DNA of 64,000 nucleotides from Alphaproteobacteria bacterium (lineage in GTDB: Bacteria > Pseudomonadota > Alphaproteobacteria > JAEULC01), in the NCBI GenBank assembly GCA_023150455.1, contig JAKLKW010000004.1, forward strand, positions 3,197-67,196, written 5' to 3'. Each line of letters opens with the position of its first letter. Position 1 is the first letter of the stretch. A program made the translations under genes and the position numbers. The notes under the pieces are model-generated. The model worked only from the letters and a program-made list of their open reading frames with translations, did no database searches and was not told the DNA's origin. Positions 8,877 through 19,314 of this stretch are shown one piece after another.

Positions 8877-9747
8877 AAATCACCACGGCGAAGGCGACGG
8901 CCCAGCCGACCACGCACACGATCATGAACGGATCGGTCAGCACGATCCGGGTCGGCGAGCCCGAGCGCTCCTCGACCAGCGCGATCTGCAGGTAGCGCAG
9001 GATGCCGCCGACGACGAAGGGCGTCGTCAGGTACAGGTTCTCGCCGAGCCGCGCCATCACCTGCTGGTCGGTCGTATAGATAAGGTAGGAGACCAGCAGC
9101 GCGCCCAGCACCATGGCGAGTGCCGCGTCGAGGAACGGCCTCGTGTAGCCGCTGAGGCTCTTGCGGTGCTGGTCGTCGAGCTCGCGCACCAGGTCGTCGC
9201 GGCGCTTGGCGATGGCGAGGAACAGCGCCAGCAGGCCCGAGCAGATCACGATCCACACGCTCGGCTTGATGTCGGCGACGGCCGCGCCGGCCTCGACGCG
9301 CAGCACGAAGCCGATCGCGAGCACGACCACGTCGACGATCGAGACGTGCTTGAGCGCGAAGCAGTAGGCGACCTGCATCGCCAGGTACAGGGCGAGGAAG
9401 GTGAAGAACCGCATCGACAGCAGCGCGCCGACGACGATCGCGAAGCCGCCAAGCGCCGCCATCGCCGTCAGCGCGGTGCGCTCGTCCACCGTGCCGGCGG
9501 CGAGCGGACGCAGGCGCTTCAGCGGGTGCAGCCGGTCGGCCGCGCGGTCGCGCCAGTCGTTCAGGATGTAGACGGCGCTGGCCGCGGCGCAGAAGCACAG
9601 TGCCGCGATCAGCGTCGCCGCGATGTTGCCCGCGGTCTGCGCCTCGGGCGTGAAGAACAGCGGCGCCAGCACGAAGGCGTTCTTCACCCATTGATGCGGT
9701 CGCATCAGGGCGATCAGGCCGCTCGTCGAAACCTGGCTTGGGCGCAC
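8869..9747 (-). CDS. UbiA-family polyprenyl-phosphate phosphoribosyltransferase
   Basis: MRPHQWVKN, YILND..DR.ADRLHP.KR.RPLAAG, FVLRV, AKRRDDL, SGSPT. Start codon uncertain. Confidence 0.9.
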   Translation of the reverse strand: MRPSQVSTSGLIALMRPHQWVKNAFVLAPLFFTPEAQTAGNIAATLIAALCFCAAASAVYILNDWRDRAADRLHPLKRLRPLAAGTVDERTALTAMAALGGFAIVVGALLSMRFFTFLALYLAMQVAYCFALKHVSIVDVVVLAIGFVLRVEAGAAVADIKPSVWIVICSGLLALFLAIAKRRDDLVRELDDQHRKSLSGYTRPFLDAALAMVLGALLVSYLIYTTDQQVMARLGENLYLTTPFVVGGILRYLQIALVEERSGSPTRIVLTDPFMIVCVVGWAVAFAVVIYG

Positions 9748-9827
9748 GGTCGGCGAGATTACGGGCCATGCCCGCGCGTGGCAATTGCAGCCGTGCTAGC
9801 CTGCCGCATCGGCTCGTGGGCGGGGGC

Positions 9828-11456
9828 ATGTACCGGATCGGGGTCATCTTGTGCCGCGGCGCGGTGCAGCGCTGGCAGCGCGCCTGCATCGAGGCGATCG
9901 AGGCGCTGGGCTACGCCGAGATCGCGCTGGTCCTGGAACTGGACAATCCGTCGCCGCTGCGCCTGCCGGTCGGCGCGCGCGCCGGGGCGGAGGTGCCGGG
10001 CGACTGGATCCCGCCGGGGACGGCGATCGTCGCCGGCCGCGCCGCGGCGTTGGATGGTGGCGCGGCTTGGACGCTGCGCGATGCCGACCGCGCCGCGATC
10101 GCCGGGCATACGCTGGACGTGCTGCTCGACCTGACCGGCCTGCGCCTCGCGGCCGGCCCCGGCCCGTCGGCCCGCCACGGCGTGTGGGGCCTGCATCACG
10201 GCGATCCCGCGCGCTTCGACGGGCGCGATCCCGGCTTCCGCGAGGTCGCCACCGGCGCGCTTTGCAGCGCGGCGCTGCTCTATCGCGCGATCGGCGACGA
10301 TGCGGGCGGCGGCCCGGAGGTCGAGGTGCTGCGCGAGGGCTGGTTCAAGACGCGGCAGACGCCGCGGCGCAACGCCGATTCCGTGCTGCTGCTCTCGGCG
10401 CGCCTGCCCGCGCTGGTCCTGCGCGCGATGGCGGAGACGCGCGGCACGCCGCTTGCGGTGCGCCGCCTGTGCCTGCCGCCGCCGGCGTCGCCGCCGCGCG
10501 CGCGCGACCGGTTCGCCGCCTGGGCCCAGGTTGCCGCCGCCATGGCCGGCAGCGCGCGCCGCCGGCTGTGCCGGGAGCGCTGGACGGTCGGCGTCGTGGC
10601 GCAGCCGGTCGACGAGGTCGTGCGCGCGCGCCGCCTCGACGCGCCGCGCTGGCTCGCCAACCAGCCCGACGACCGCTTCTACGCCGACCCCTTCCCGCTC
10701 GGCCGCGCGGGCGGGCGGCTCGAGGTCCTGGTGGAAGCGGCGCGGTACGCGGTCTCGCGCGGCTACCTGGCGCGCCTGGAGCTGGATGAACGGGCCTACG
10801 CGCGCGAGGCCGCGCTGCTGGAGACGCCGGAGCATCTGTCCTATCCCGCGATCCTCAACGAGGACGGCGCGACCTATGTCATTCCGGAGAGCTGGCAGAC
10901 GGGGCGGCTCGCGGCCTATCGCCTCGATGCGGCGAGCGGCGCGATGGTGCACGACGGCGACCTGATGGTCGGCATGGCCGTGGTCGATCCGACGCTGCTC
11001 CGGCACGACGGCAAGTGGTGGCTGTTCTGCTGCGACCGGCACGATCACGACCAGAGCAATCTCTACGTGTTCCACGCGGCGAGCTGGCGCGGTCCCTGGC
11101 TGCCGCACGCGCAGAACCCGGTGAAGATCGACGTGCGCTCCAGCCGTCCGGCCGGCGCGTTCCTCAGCGTCGACGGCGCGCTGTACCGCCCGGCGCAGGA
11201 CTGCGCCCTGCGCTACGGCAGCGCGATCGCCGTCAACCGCGTGCTCGAGCTGACGGAACGGCGCTTCCGCGAGGAGGTCGCCTTCGTGCTGCGGCCCGAC
11301 CCGGACGGGCCCTATCCCGACGGGCTGCACACGATCAACGGCTTGGACGGGGTCACGGTCGTCGACGGCCAGAAGCTGAGCTTCGAGCCCCTGGCGGCGA
11401 TCGCCGACCGCTTCGCCCGGCGCCGCAACCGGCGCCGGCGGGATGCGCGTGCCTAG
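9828..11456 (+). CDS. Two-domain protein: formyltransferase-like N-terminus plus GINT1-like/GH beta-propeller domain
   Basis: HGVWGLHHGD..DPGFREV; FYADPF, HLSYP, VDPTL..WWLF, SRPAG, YRPAQDC, GLHTIN. Confidence 0.72.
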   Translation: MYRIGVILCRGAVQRWQRACIEAIEALGYAEIALVLELDNPSPLRLPVGARAGAEVPGDWIPPGTAIVAGRAAALDGGAAWTLRDADRAAIAGHTLDVLLDLTGLRLAAGPGPSARHGVWGLHHGDPARFDGRDPGFREVATGALCSAALLYRAIGDDAGGGPEVEVLREGWFKTRQTPRRNADSVLLLSARLPALVLRAMAETRGTPLAVRRLCLPPPASPPRARDRFAAWAQVAAAMAGSARRRLCRERWTVGVVAQPVDEVVRARRLDAPRWLANQPDDRFYADPFPLGRAGGRLEVLVEAARYAVSRGYLARLELDERAYAREAALLETPEHLSYPAILNEDGATYVIPESWQTGRLAAYRLDAASGAMVHDGDLMVGMAVVDPTLLRHDGKWWLFCCDRHDHDQSNLYVFHAASWRGPWLPHAQNPVKIDVRSSRPAGAFLSVDGALYRPAQDCALRYGSAIAVNRVLELTERRFREEVAFVLRPDPDGPYPDGLHTINGLDGVTVVDGQKLSFEPLAAIADRFARRRNRRRRDARA

Positions 11457-11486
11457 CGCGCGCTTCCGATCGGGGCGGCTCGTCCC

Positions 11487-12503
11487 TCAGTAACCGTCGA
11501 AGTCGCCGGTGATCACGCCCCAGTCGTAGGGCGGCGGCGCGTCGTCGGGGCAGCGCCGTCCGTCGAAGGGGACGGTGCCGGCGCGCAGGAAGGCGGCGCG
11601 GCGCAGAAGCGGCGTCAGCTCGTCGCGCGAGCAGATCGCCTCGAGCCGCCAGGCGCCGCCTTCGCGCGCGCGGTCGATCGCGGCGGCGAGCACGCAGGCG
11701 AGGCCGTCGCGATCGGTGCCGAGCAGCTCCATGAGGCCGGCGCGGCCGTTGGCGCGCTTGCCCCAGGACGCGTCGCGCATGCCCCACACCGCGGCGGCGA
11801 CCGCCTCGCCGCCGCGCCGCGCGGTCAGCCACTCGTAGCCCATCGCCGCCTCGGGCGCGTAGCGCCATTCGAGCTCCGCGAGCGTGCGCACGACGCGGCA
11901 CTCGCCCGGCGCGGGACGTGGCTCGATCAGCCGCGCCAGCGCAGCGCCGTCCGGCTTGCCGGCCGCGACCTCCACGCCGCTTCCGGTCCGTCCCCGCGGC
12001 AGCAGGGCGACCAGCCGGTCGAGCACGGCGCCGCCGGCGCCGGGGCGCCGGCGCGACGGCCGGATCCAGCGCACCCAGCGCGGCATGTCGTCGATGTAGT
12101 GGAAGGCCTGCGACTTGACGAACATCGGCAGGCTGGTGTCGTTGGGGAAGCCGTAGATCACCTCGATCCCGCGGGCGGCGGCTTCCTCGCGCGCCTTGCG
12201 CGCGAGCAATCCGAACAGCCCGCGGCCGCGGGCGCGCGGATGCACCATCGTGTCGATCGACTGGCAGGCGGCGAAGCGGCGCCCATCCAGCACCGCCTCG
12301 GTCGGGATCAGCGCGTTCAAGCCGGCGATGCCGTCGCTGTCCTCGCCGACCATCAGGACGGCGGGGACGTCCTTGCGGCCGAAGAAGCGCCAGCGGTCAT
12401 GCGCGAGCGGGCGCTCGCCCTGCTTGACGGCGTCGAACAGGGCGCGGATGCCGGCGAGGTCGTCGGGCACGGCCGGGCGCCAGCGCCATGCCGCGGTATC
12501 CAT
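11487..12503 (-). CDS. GNAT-family N-acetyltransferase (two-domain)
   Basis: QSIDTMVHPRARGRGLF, IYGFPN, C-terminal GDFD. ATG 2 nt after the TRAP permease stop. Confidence 0.85.
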   Translation of the reverse strand: MDTAAWRWRPAVPDDLAGIRALFDAVKQGERPLAHDRWRFFGRKDVPAVLMVGEDSDGIAGLNALIPTEAVLDGRRFAACQSIDTMVHPRARGRGLFGLLARKAREEAAARGIEVIYGFPNDTSLPMFVKSQAFHYIDDMPRWVRWIRPSRRRPGAGGAVLDRLVALLPRGRTGSGVEVAAGKPDGAALARLIEPRPAPGECRVVRTLAELEWRYAPEAAMGYEWLTARRGGEAVAAAVWGMRDASWGKRANGRAGLMELLGTDRDGLACVLAAAIDRAREGGAWRLEAICSRDELTPLLRRAAFLRAGTVPFDGRRCPDDAPPPYDWGVITGDFDGY

Positions 12504-12505
12504 CG

Positions 12506-14272
12506 CTAGACGCTCCAGCCGAAGATGAGGCCGAGCGCCGCGACCGTCGCCAGCCCACGCAGCGCCAGGGCGCCGTCGGTGCGGATCGCGGCGTAGCTGA
12601 GCAGCCAGACGCCGGCGCCGACCTTGACCGCCGCCGCCAGCGCGAGCAGCGGCGCGCTGGCCAGCAGCAGCAGCGACGGGTTGGCGACGAATCCCAGCGG
12701 CACGACGAACAGCCCCAGTCCGATGCGCAGCGATTGCCAGGCCACCGGCAGCCACGGCGTCTCGGCGATGGCCGAGGCGATGTAGACGTTGCCGCAGACC
12801 GGCGGGGTGATGGTACACAGCAACGCGTACCAGAACACGAACATATGCGCGTTGAGCGGCGGCAGGCCGAGCTTGACCAGCGCCGGCCCGGCCACGGCGA
12901 TGCAGATCAGGTAGGCCGCCGTGGTCGGCAGCTCCATGCCCAGCACGATGCAGGCGAGCGCCGTCAGCACGAGCGCGACCCACAGCCTGCCGCCGGACAG
13001 GCCGACGATCAGCGAGGTGATCTTCACGCCGAGCCCGGTCATGGCGAAGGTGCCGACGATCAGCCCGGCGCAGATGACGATCGACGCGATCAGCGCGATC
13101 TGGCGCGCGGCGTCGACCAGCGCCTCCTGCGCGCGGCGCCAGAACAGGCCGAGCGAGGGGCCGATGGCGGAGTCGACCGGCAGCAGCAGGGCCGTCACCG
13201 CGGTCGCGAACACGGCGGAGTAGGCGGCGCCGTAGTCGCCGCCTGCCAGCATGCCGACCAGCATGCCGAACGGCAGCAGGAAGAACGGCATGGTGCGCGC
13301 GACGCGCGCCCAGCCGGGCAGGGCCGATGCGTCGAGCCCCTTGAGGTCGTGGCGGTGGGCGAAGTGGTGCACGCCGAACCAGCTCGTCACGAAGAACAGG
13401 ATCGCGGGCAGGATCGCCGCGACCATCAGCTCGGCATAGGTCGTGCGCAAGAGCTCCGCCATCAGGAACACGCCGGCGCCCATGACCGGCGGCGTGATCT
13501 GGCCGCCGGTCGAGGCGACGGCCTCGACCGCCGCCGCCATGCTCGGCGGGTAGCCGAGCCGCTTCATCGCGGGAATGGTGACCGTGCCGGTCGAGGCGAC
13601 ATTGGCCGAGGCCGAGCCCGAGATCGTGCCGTAGAGCGCCGAGGCCAGCACCGCGACCTTGGCCGCGCCGGCGCGAAAGCGGCCGGCGAGCTGCGTCGAC
13701 AGGTTCATGAACCCGTTGCCCGCCTCGCCCGCCGAGACGGAGGCGCCGAGGATCACGAAGGGCACGATCAGGTCGACCGAGATGCCGGTGAGCTGGCCCC
13801 AGAGTCCGCCCTCGGCGATCACCAGCGCGCCGAGGAAATAGTCGAGCGGGATGCCGGGATGGCCGAACGAGCCGGGGATGTGCTCGCCGAACAGGCCGTA
13901 GAGCAGCGTCAAGAGCGCGATCGCCGGCAGCACCGGCTGCACGGCGCGCCGCGCCATCTCCAGCGCCACCAGGATCAGCGCGACCGCCATCGCGTACTGA
14001 TGCCAGCCCGCGAGCGCGCCGTACTGCTCGCTGACCGCGGCGCGGTTGAGGAGAATGTAGAAGCATCCGGTCCAGCCCGCCGCCAGCGCCAGAAGCCCCG
14101 AGACGCGCAGCGCCGCGTTGCGCGCGGGCGCGAACAGGAACACGAACGGCAGCGCCAGCGCCATGTGCAGCGGCCGGCTGACCAGCGTCGGCACGAGGCC
14201 GGAGAACACCAGCCACAGATGCGCAGCCACCGATATCGCGGCGGCGGCAAGCATCAGCGGCGTGTGGGTCAT
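12506..14272 (-). CDS. TAXI-TRAP transporter fused permease (4TM/12TM)
   Basis: AKVAVLASALYGTISGSASANV, EAVASTGGQITPPVMGAG, LGMELPTTAAY, ITPPV. Confidence 0.93.
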   Translation of the reverse strand: MTHTPLMLAAAAISVAAHLWLVFSGLVPTLVSRPLHMALALPFVFLFAPARNAALRVSGLLALAAGWTGCFYILLNRAAVSEQYGALAGWHQYAMAVALILVALEMARRAVQPVLPAIALLTLLYGLFGEHIPGSFGHPGIPLDYFLGALVIAEGGLWGQLTGISVDLIVPFVILGASVSAGEAGNGFMNLSTQLAGRFRAGAAKVAVLASALYGTISGSASANVASTGTVTIPAMKRLGYPPSMAAAVEAVASTGGQITPPVMGAGVFLMAELLRTTYAELMVAAILPAILFFVTSWFGVHHFAHRHDLKGLDASALPGWARVARTMPFFLLPFGMLVGMLAGGDYGAAYSAVFATAVTALLLPVDSAIGPSLGLFWRRAQEALVDAARQIALIASIVICAGLIVGTFAMTGLGVKITSLIVGLSGGRLWVALVLTALACIVLGMELPTTAAYLICIAVAGPALVKLGLPPLNAHMFVFWYALLCTITPPVCGNVYIASAIAETPWLPVAWQSLRIGLGLFVVPLGFVANPSLLLLASAPLLALAAAVKVGAGVWLLSYAAIRTDGALALRGLATVAALGLIFGWSV

Positions 14273-14284
14273 GCTTCTTTTTGG

Positions 14285-14315
14285 CCCCCTCTCCCCTCCC
14301 GCAAGGGGAGGGGGG
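14285..14315. repeat. CCCCTCTCCCCT...AGGGGAGGGGGG REP-like hairpin
   Basis: 12-bp stem with one G-U pair, between the TAXI SBP and permease genes; common alphaproteobacterial palindrome type. Confidence 0.6.
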
Positions 14316-14330
14316 ACTCAAACATGAGAT

Positions 14331-15308
14331 TCACTGCATCGACGCGGGCACCTGCACGCCGGCTTCCTTGTAGTACCTGGCGGCGCCGGGGTGCAGCTTG
14401 GCGCCCATCAGCGCGACCTTGTCCTGCGTGACCGCGGCCCACCACGGGTTGGTTTTCGCCATCTCGGCGCGCTGCGCCCAGAAGGCCTTGACGACGGCAT
14501 AGGCGGTGGCGTCGTCCATGCGCGCGGTGGCGTAGGCGCCGACCGGGCCGCCCACGGTCTGGGCGTCCTTGTCGATGCCCTTGTAAGTGCCGCCGGCGAT
14601 GGTCACGGCGCCGATCTGGCGGTCGGAGTCGAGCACCGCCTTGAGCTCGGCCGGCGAGAAGCTCAGGAGGTTGAGCGCGGTGCCCGAGGCGAGCTCCTGC
14701 ACCTGCGGCGTCGGATGCGGGCTGCAGGTGGCGAAGCCCGCGACCTTGCGGTTGCGCACGGCGTCGCCCGCGGCCTTCAGGTCGACGTCGACCGTGTTCA
14801 CCTTGCCCGCGAGGCCGAGCACCTTGAAGATCGCGGCGGTGCGCTGCTCGCAGGCGGTGCCCTTGGCGCCGGCGATGAAGTCCTTGCCGGCGAGCCCGGG
14901 GATGCCGGCGATGCCGGCGTCGGTTCGCACCACGAGGTGCACGGTGATGAACGGCATCACGAACAGCGTGCGGATCTGGTCGTAGCCCTGGCCGCCGTCG
15001 GCCTCGAACGGCTTCTGCGCCTTGATCGCCTTGTCGATCAGGTCCGGCGGCGTCGTGAACACGAAGCCGCCCGGGCGCTTGGCCGCCTCCTTGATGTTCT
15101 GCACGCTGCCCAGGCTCTCCTCGACCGTCGCCACGATCTGGCCCTTGCTCTCGGCCTTCAGCACCTCGCCGAGCTGCACCATCATCACGTAGTAGGACGT
15201 GCCCGACGCGGCCGACTTCAAGGTGACGCGCGTCTCGGCCATGGCCGGCGCAGATGTCATCGTCGCGGCGGCGACGATGGCCGCTGCCGCCAGAGAAAGG
15301 CGCTTCAT
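14331..15308 (-). CDS. TAXI-family TRAP solute-binding protein
   Basis: Signal peptide, TSYYVM, EESLGSVQNI, AYAVVKAFW, LHPGAARYYKEAG. Confidence 0.92.
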   Translation of the reverse strand: MKRLSLAAAAIVAAATMTSAPAMAETRVTLKSAASGTSYYVMMVQLGEVLKAESKGQIVATVEESLGSVQNIKEAAKRPGGFVFTTPPDLIDKAIKAQKPFEADGGQGYDQIRTLFVMPFITVHLVVRTDAGIAGIPGLAGKDFIAGAKGTACEQRTAAIFKVLGLAGKVNTVDVDLKAAGDAVRNRKVAGFATCSPHPTPQVQELASGTALNLLSFSPAELKAVLDSDRQIGAVTIAGGTYKGIDKDAQTVGGPVGAYATARMDDATAYAVVKAFWAQRAEMAKTNPWWAAVTQDKVALMGAKLHPGAARYYKEAGVQVPASMQ

Positions 15309-15402
15309 CCCGTGGTTCCTCCCCAAGGCTCGATCGGGCGCGAGTGTGCCGCAGCGCCGCGCGTGCGTCCACACGGGCGGGCGCGCGTTCAGGCGGCGAC
15401 CC

Positions 15403-15966
15403 TCAGTTCGGATCCAGCTCGCTGTCCCAGTACAGGAAGTCGCGCCAGCTCTCGTGCAAATAATTGGGCGGGTAAGCCCGCCCATTTTCCTGCAGCTCGA
15501 AGCTCGACGGCTGGAACGGTTTGATGCGCGGGTACATGCCGCATTCGTTCGGCAGGCGGCTGCCCTTGGCCAGGTTGCAGGTGCCGCAGGCGGTGACGAC
15601 GTTGAGCCATGTCGTGCGCCCGCCGCGCGAGCGCGGCACGATGTGGTCGAAGGTCAGGTCGTTGGCGACGTTCCGCTCGTCGCAGTACTGGCAGGTGAAG
15701 CGGTCGCGCAGGAAGACGTTGAACCGCGTGAAGGCCGGGCGGCGCGCCGAGGGGATGTAGTCCTTGAGCGCGATGACCGACGGCAGGCGCATCTCGAAGG
15801 TCGGGCTGCGCACCACGCGGTCGTATTCCGAGACGATGTTGACGCGGTCGAGGAACACCGCCTTGACCGCTTCCTGCCAGGACCACAGCGACAGCGGAAA
15901 ATAGCTGAGCGGCCGGAAATCGGCGTTCAGGACAAGGGCCGGGCAGCTTTCCGCCGAGACGGGCAC
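15403..15966 (-). CDS. HNH endonuclease (McrA-like)
   Basis: LVLNADFRPLS, FTRFNVFLRDRFTCQYC, TFDHIVPRSRGG, CGTCNLAKG. Confidence 0.92.
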   Translation of the reverse strand: MPVSAESCPALVLNADFRPLSYFPLSLWSWQEAVKAVFLDRVNIVSEYDRVVRSPTFEMRLPSVIALKDYIPSARRPAFTRFNVFLRDRFTCQYCDERNVANDLTFDHIVPRSRGGRTTWLNVVTACGTCNLAKGSRLPNECGMYPRIKPFQPSSFELQENGRAYPPNYLHESWRDFLYWDSELDPN

Positions 15967-16111
15967 GATGCGTTCAGGCCTCCGCGCAGCGGCGCCGACG
16001 CGATCGGCGCCAACATCTGCCCAAACTCATAGCCGAGCCACGGCGAAATCACAATATCTGGTGTTTTGCGGTTTTGCGCGGTTTCGATGACGGTTGGACG
16101 GCGCGCCGCGG

Positions 16112-16480
16112 CTATTCGACCTTCTTCAGGAATCCGCCGAAGATGCAGTAGCCCTTCATGTCGAACCGGACGCGGTCGGCGGCGACCTGGCCCTTCACGT
16201 TCATGATGCTGGCCTGCAGGTCGACCTGGCCGCCGAACGAGCCGTCGGGCGCGATCGGGAAGTCGAAGTTGCGCACCACGCGCCCGACCTGAAGCCAATG
16301 GCCGGATATGCGCCCGTTCTCGACGTTGGCGTGGATATCCAGCGTGTATCCCGGGCATTTCGAGCTGCCCGGCACGTTGATGCCTTGCCCGTGCCACGTG
16401 TACTTCACCGGCTCGGCCAGCGCGCCCGATGCCGAAAGCAGAAGCGCCGCGAGTGCGGCGGCCGTGATCCGGTTTCGCAT
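16112..16480 (-). CDS. Small exported hypothetical protein
   Basis: GAGGGAG RBS, signal peptide MRNRITAAALAALLLSASGALA, two Cys, beta-rich pattern. Confidence 0.75.
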   Translation of the reverse strand: MRNRITAAALAALLLSASGALAEPVKYTWHGQGINVPGSSKCPGYTLDIHANVENGRISGHWLQVGRVVRNFDFPIAPDGSFGGQVDLQASIMNVKGQVAADRVRFDMKGYCIFGGFLKKVE

Positions 16481-16592
16481 GTTGGCTCCCTCGATCTTCT
16501 GACCGACGCGTATGTTCATCCCTGCGGCAATCGTACCGGCAGCCGAAGCGGAATTCCAACCATATGGATGCGTGCGCGAATGCGCGGCAGTT

Positions 16593-17042
16593 TCAGCCGC
16601 CGGAAGCGGGATCGGCGGCGCGCATCAGCCGGCCGCGATGGATGATGCGCGCGGTCTCGGCCCACATGCCGAGCTCGCCGACCGTGGCCGGATCGAACCA
16701 GGCGACGTCCATGGCGTCGTCGCCGGCCACCGGCTCGCCGCTCTTCCATTCCGCCAGCACCTCGACCAGCGTGTAGTGGAAGCGGATGCGCCCGGCCTCG
16801 CCCGGCGTGATGGCGTCGACGATGTCGATCACCGCGCGCGTATCGATCTCGATCGCGCATTCCTCGCGCACTTCGCGCCGCGCCGCCTCGAACACCGTCT
16901 CGCCCAGCTCCTGCAGGCCGCCGGGCAGGCTCCACTGGCCGATGCGCGGCGGCTTGCCGCGCTTGATCAGCAGCACGCGGTCGCCGCGGAACACGACCAC
17001 GCCGACGCCGATCATCGGACGCGCGGGGTACTCGCGGGTCAT
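16593..17042 (-). CDS. NUDIX hydrolase
   Basis: Nudix box GGLQELGETVFEAARREVREECAI. Confidence 0.92.
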   Translation of the reverse strand: MTREYPARPMIGVGVVVFRGDRVLLIKRGKPPRIGQWSLPGGLQELGETVFEAARREVREECAIEIDTRAVIDIVDAITPGEAGRIRFHYTLVEVLAEWKSGEPVAGDDAMDVAWFDPATVGELGMWAETARIIHRGRLMRAADPASGG

Positions 17043-17067
17043 TGGACCGAGGCACGCTTCCCACCGT

Positions 17068-17219
17068 CGTCATGGCCGGACTCGTTCCAGCCATCCACGT
17101 CGGCAGGAGCCAACAGCGCTACAGGAGACAGACACTGGCGTGATTCCTGCACGAGTTCACCGCCACGGCGGTTTGCTGCTGCCTCGACGTGGATGCCCGG
17201 GACGAGCCCGGGCATGACG
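17068..17219. repeat. REPIN/MITE-like element with 35-bp imperfect terminal inverted repeats
   Basis: 17068-17102 matches the reverse complement of 17185-17219 at 30/35 nt; each arm is itself palindromic. Confidence 0.8.
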
Positions 17220-17241
17220 GAATCGGGTAGAGAGGCGTATC

Positions 17242-17967
17242 TCACCCCGCGATGTACTGCGCGCCGTTGATGGTCAGCGTCGAGCCGGTGATGAAGCCGG
17301 CGTCGTCGGCGGCGAGGAAGGTCACGCAGCGCGCGACCTCGTCGGCTTCGCCGAGCCGCCCGACGGGAATCGTCGCGATGATCTTCTGCAGCACCGGCTC
17401 GGGCACGGCGCGCACCATCTCGGTCGCGATGTAGCCGGGGGCGATGGCGTTGACGGTGATGCCCTTGTTGGCGTTCTCCTGCGCCAGCGCCTTGGTGAAG
17501 CCGATCACGCCGGCCTTGGCGGCGGAATAGTTGGCTTGGCCGATCTGGCCCTTCTGGCCGTTGATCGAGCTGATGTTGACGATGCGCCCGAAGCTGCGGT
17601 TGCGCATGCCCTCGATCACGTTGCGGCTCATGTTGAACAGCGAGGTCAGGTTGGTCTCGATCACCGCGTGCCACTGCTCGGGCGTCATGCGGTGCAGCGT
17701 GGCGTCGCGCGTGATGCCGGCGTTGTTGACCAGCACGTCGACCGGTCCCAGCTCGGCCTCGACCCGGGCGATCCCGGCCTTGCAGTCGTCGAACTTGGCG
17801 ACATCCCACTTGTATACCGCGATGCCGGTCGCGGCCTTGAACTTGGCGGCCGCCTCGTCGTTGCCGTGATAGGTGGCGGCGACGTTGTAGCCGGCGCCCT
17901 TCAGCGCCTTCGAGATCGCCTCGCCGATGCCGCGGCTGCCGCCGGTGACCAGTGCCACGCGGGCCAT
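17242..17967 (-). CDS. phaB: Acetoacetyl-CoA reductase
   Basis: TGGSRGIG, NNAGITRD, SINGQKGQIGQANYSAAKAG; downstream of the thiolase. Confidence 0.96.
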   Translation of the reverse strand: MARVALVTGGSRGIGEAISKALKGAGYNVAATYHGNDEAAAKFKAATGIAVYKWDVAKFDDCKAGIARVEAELGPVDVLVNNAGITRDATLHRMTPEQWHAVIETNLTSLFNMSRNVIEGMRNRSFGRIVNISSINGQKGQIGQANYSAAKAGVIGFTKALAQENANKGITVNAIAPGYIATEMVRAVPEPVLQKIIATIPVGRLGEADEVARCVTFLAADDAGFITGSTLTINGAQYIAG

Positions 17968-18006
17968 CTTTCGTTCCCCCCCCCTGCTTGGTTGTGGCGC
18001 CGTTTC

Positions 18007-18043
18007 CTCGTCCTCCCGCCGGCGGCGCCGGCGGGAGGACGAG
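18007..18043. repeat. Perfect 18-bp inverted repeat (37-bp palindrome) between phaA and phaB
   Basis: CTCGTCCTCCCGCCGGCG-G-CGCCGGCGGGAGGACGAG. Confidence 0.8.
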
Positions 18044-18057
18044 CCGGCTCTACGAGG

Positions 18058-19233
<1,176 letters not shown>

Positions 19234-19314
19234 TGCAAGACTCCTTCCAACTGCGTTTCCCCCGTTACGGTCCGAGGGGATGGCGTCGTCGCCCCGTCAC
19301 GTCTCGTCGAAGAT

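Noticed and set aside
15403-15966. HNH nuclease as a defence or mobile element
   Set aside because: Looks like the conserved stand-alone alphaproteobacterial type, with host-like codon use and no partner genes.
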